Assembly (NCBI GenBank): GCA_011064905.1
Contig: JAAKFW010000001.1
Coordinates: forward strand, 1-25,208
Reading direction: 5' to 3'
Length of the DNA: 25,208 bases
Source: Candidatus Anoxychlamydiales bacterium
Lineage (GTDB): Bacteria > Chlamydiota > Chlamydiia > Chlamydiales > SM23-39
Below, in pieces: positions 24,119 to 25,208 of this stretch. A program made the translations under genes and the position numbers. The notes under the pieces are model-generated. The model ran no database searches, was not told the DNA's origin, and was given only the letters and a program-made list of their open reading frames with translations. How positions within the stretch are numbered: position 1 is the first letter of the stretch; the number at the start of each line of letters is the position of its first letter.

Positions 24119-25033
24119 TTAGGATGCATTATTTTCCTCATTTAATTTTATATTTTTATTTTGAGTTAGTTCAAGAAGCTTTGCATCTAAAAATTCTATA
24201 GAATCTTTAGAATTTTTCAAAAGCCATTTTTTTAGATATGTAGTGTAATGAGTAGCTTCTTCTTTTAGTTTTTCTTCATTAAAATCATTTTTAATAATAA
24301 ATCTACCAATATCTATTTCTACAACTCTATCATCTATAACACCCAGATTTTGAATAACATGTCTATCTTTATTTAGAAGGTTTTTAGAATATATCGATTG
24401 TAGATTATCAAAAAATGAACTTAAAAGAGTTTCAATGGTTTTTTTATCCTTTTTAGCATTTAAAAGAGCTTTCTTAAAAGGAAAAGCTTTTTTTTGAAGA
24501 ACAAAACCAACCTCATTGAGATCCACTAAATGAGTGTTTTTAAATTTATCTTCTATTTTAAATTTTCTATTTAAATCGTTAGTTTTATTTAAATGCACAT
24601 AAATAGTTGCTGTTTCATCTTTTAGTTTTTCATAAGCTAATTTATAGCTGTTCATAGACTCATAATATAAATCATCTTTTTCATCTTGAATTTTTGTTGT
24701 ATATTTTTTTGCTATTTCAAATGAACTAATCAAATTACAAAAAATTGATTGTCTATATCGATGAAATCTAAAAAGTTTTAAAACATATCTATTATCATCA
24801 CTTACAAATACAAAGGATTGTCTACCCTTACTTAAAAACCTGTATTTTTGGTTTAAAATTTCTCCTAAATCTTTATTTTCTAAGACATTGATCTCAAAGC
24901 GATTCAAAAAAAGCTCTTTTGGCTCAATTTTATCCAATCTAAAGCTAGAGCTATAAAAGACCCAAGCCTTTGAAAAAACAGCTACTAAAACTAGCAAAGA
25001 AATGATTTTTAGAGGTATTTTTAAAAATTTCAT
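24119..25033 (-). CDS. N-anchored protein-kinase-like-fold protein, paralog 1 (304 aa)
   Basis: TM IISLLVLVAVFSKAWVFY; FLSKGRQSFVF, YVLKLF, FVLQKK, DRHVIQN and EIDIG. Confidence 0.78.
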   Translation of the reverse strand: MKFLKIPLKIISLLVLVAVFSKAWVFYSSSFRLDKIEPKELFLNRFEINVLENKDLGEILNQKYRFLSKGRQSFVFVSDDNRYVLKLFRFHRYRQSIFCNLISSFEIAKKYTTKIQDEKDDLYYESMNSYKLAYEKLKDETATIYVHLNKTNDLNRKFKIEDKFKNTHLVDLNEVGFVLQKKAFPFKKALLNAKKDKKTIETLLSSFFDNLQSIYSKNLLNKDRHVIQNLGVIDDRVVEIDIGRFIIKNDFNEEKLKEEATHYTTYLKKWLLKNSKDSIEFLDAKLLELTQNKNIKLNEENNAS

Positions 25034-25053
25034 TTTTACTATTTTTATAGAGA

Positions 25054-25087
25054 TTATATATTATATATTATATATTATAAATTATAA
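25054..25087. repeat. 7-bp tandem repeat (TTATATA)3-TTATAAA-TTATAA
   Basis: Read directly; starts 20 nt upstream of the ATG of 24119..25033. Confidence 0.8.
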
Positions 25088-25208
25088 CTGATAGCCTATT
25101 TATATTTATAGAGGCAATTGCGAAGCACCTAATTTTTCAAAATATTTATAACTTATCTTTCCCAAAAAACTGTTTCAAATAATTTTTTATCAATAATTTT
25201 TAATTTCC

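Overview
Very AT-rich (GC roughly 30% or lower by eye) bacterial chromosome segment with no rRNA, tRNA, CRISPR array, transposase or phage structural gene that I can support. Gene content and style point to an environmental member of the Chlamydiae; this is an inference and no marker gene is present. Recognisable housekeeping genes: mlaE-mlaF-mlaD, an orphan OppA lipoprotein, a 14-TM DHA2 MFS transporter, a ROK fructokinase plus stand-alone type II mannose-6-phosphate isomerase cupin, a YihY protein and two DUF360-like 4-TM proteins. Between them sit many orphan + strand genes that look host-directed. Most have Ser/Thr-rich N-termini and no Sec signal, and carry eukaryote-style membrane-targeting C-termini. 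Five have a single C-terminal TM anchor: one with a degenerate RING/SP-RING-like domain, one with a catalytically eroded EEP domain plus five 108-bp acidic repeats, and two that look like distant paralogs. A sixth ends in a CaaX-like box (CSCCTVV-stop). Other highlights: two tandem N-anchored proteins with protein-kinase-like motifs, a 719-aa protein with a possible dead CX5R phosphatase loop, and a translocator-like gene pair at the left edge. All family calls are from motif recognition only; no searches were run and novelty cannot be confirmed.
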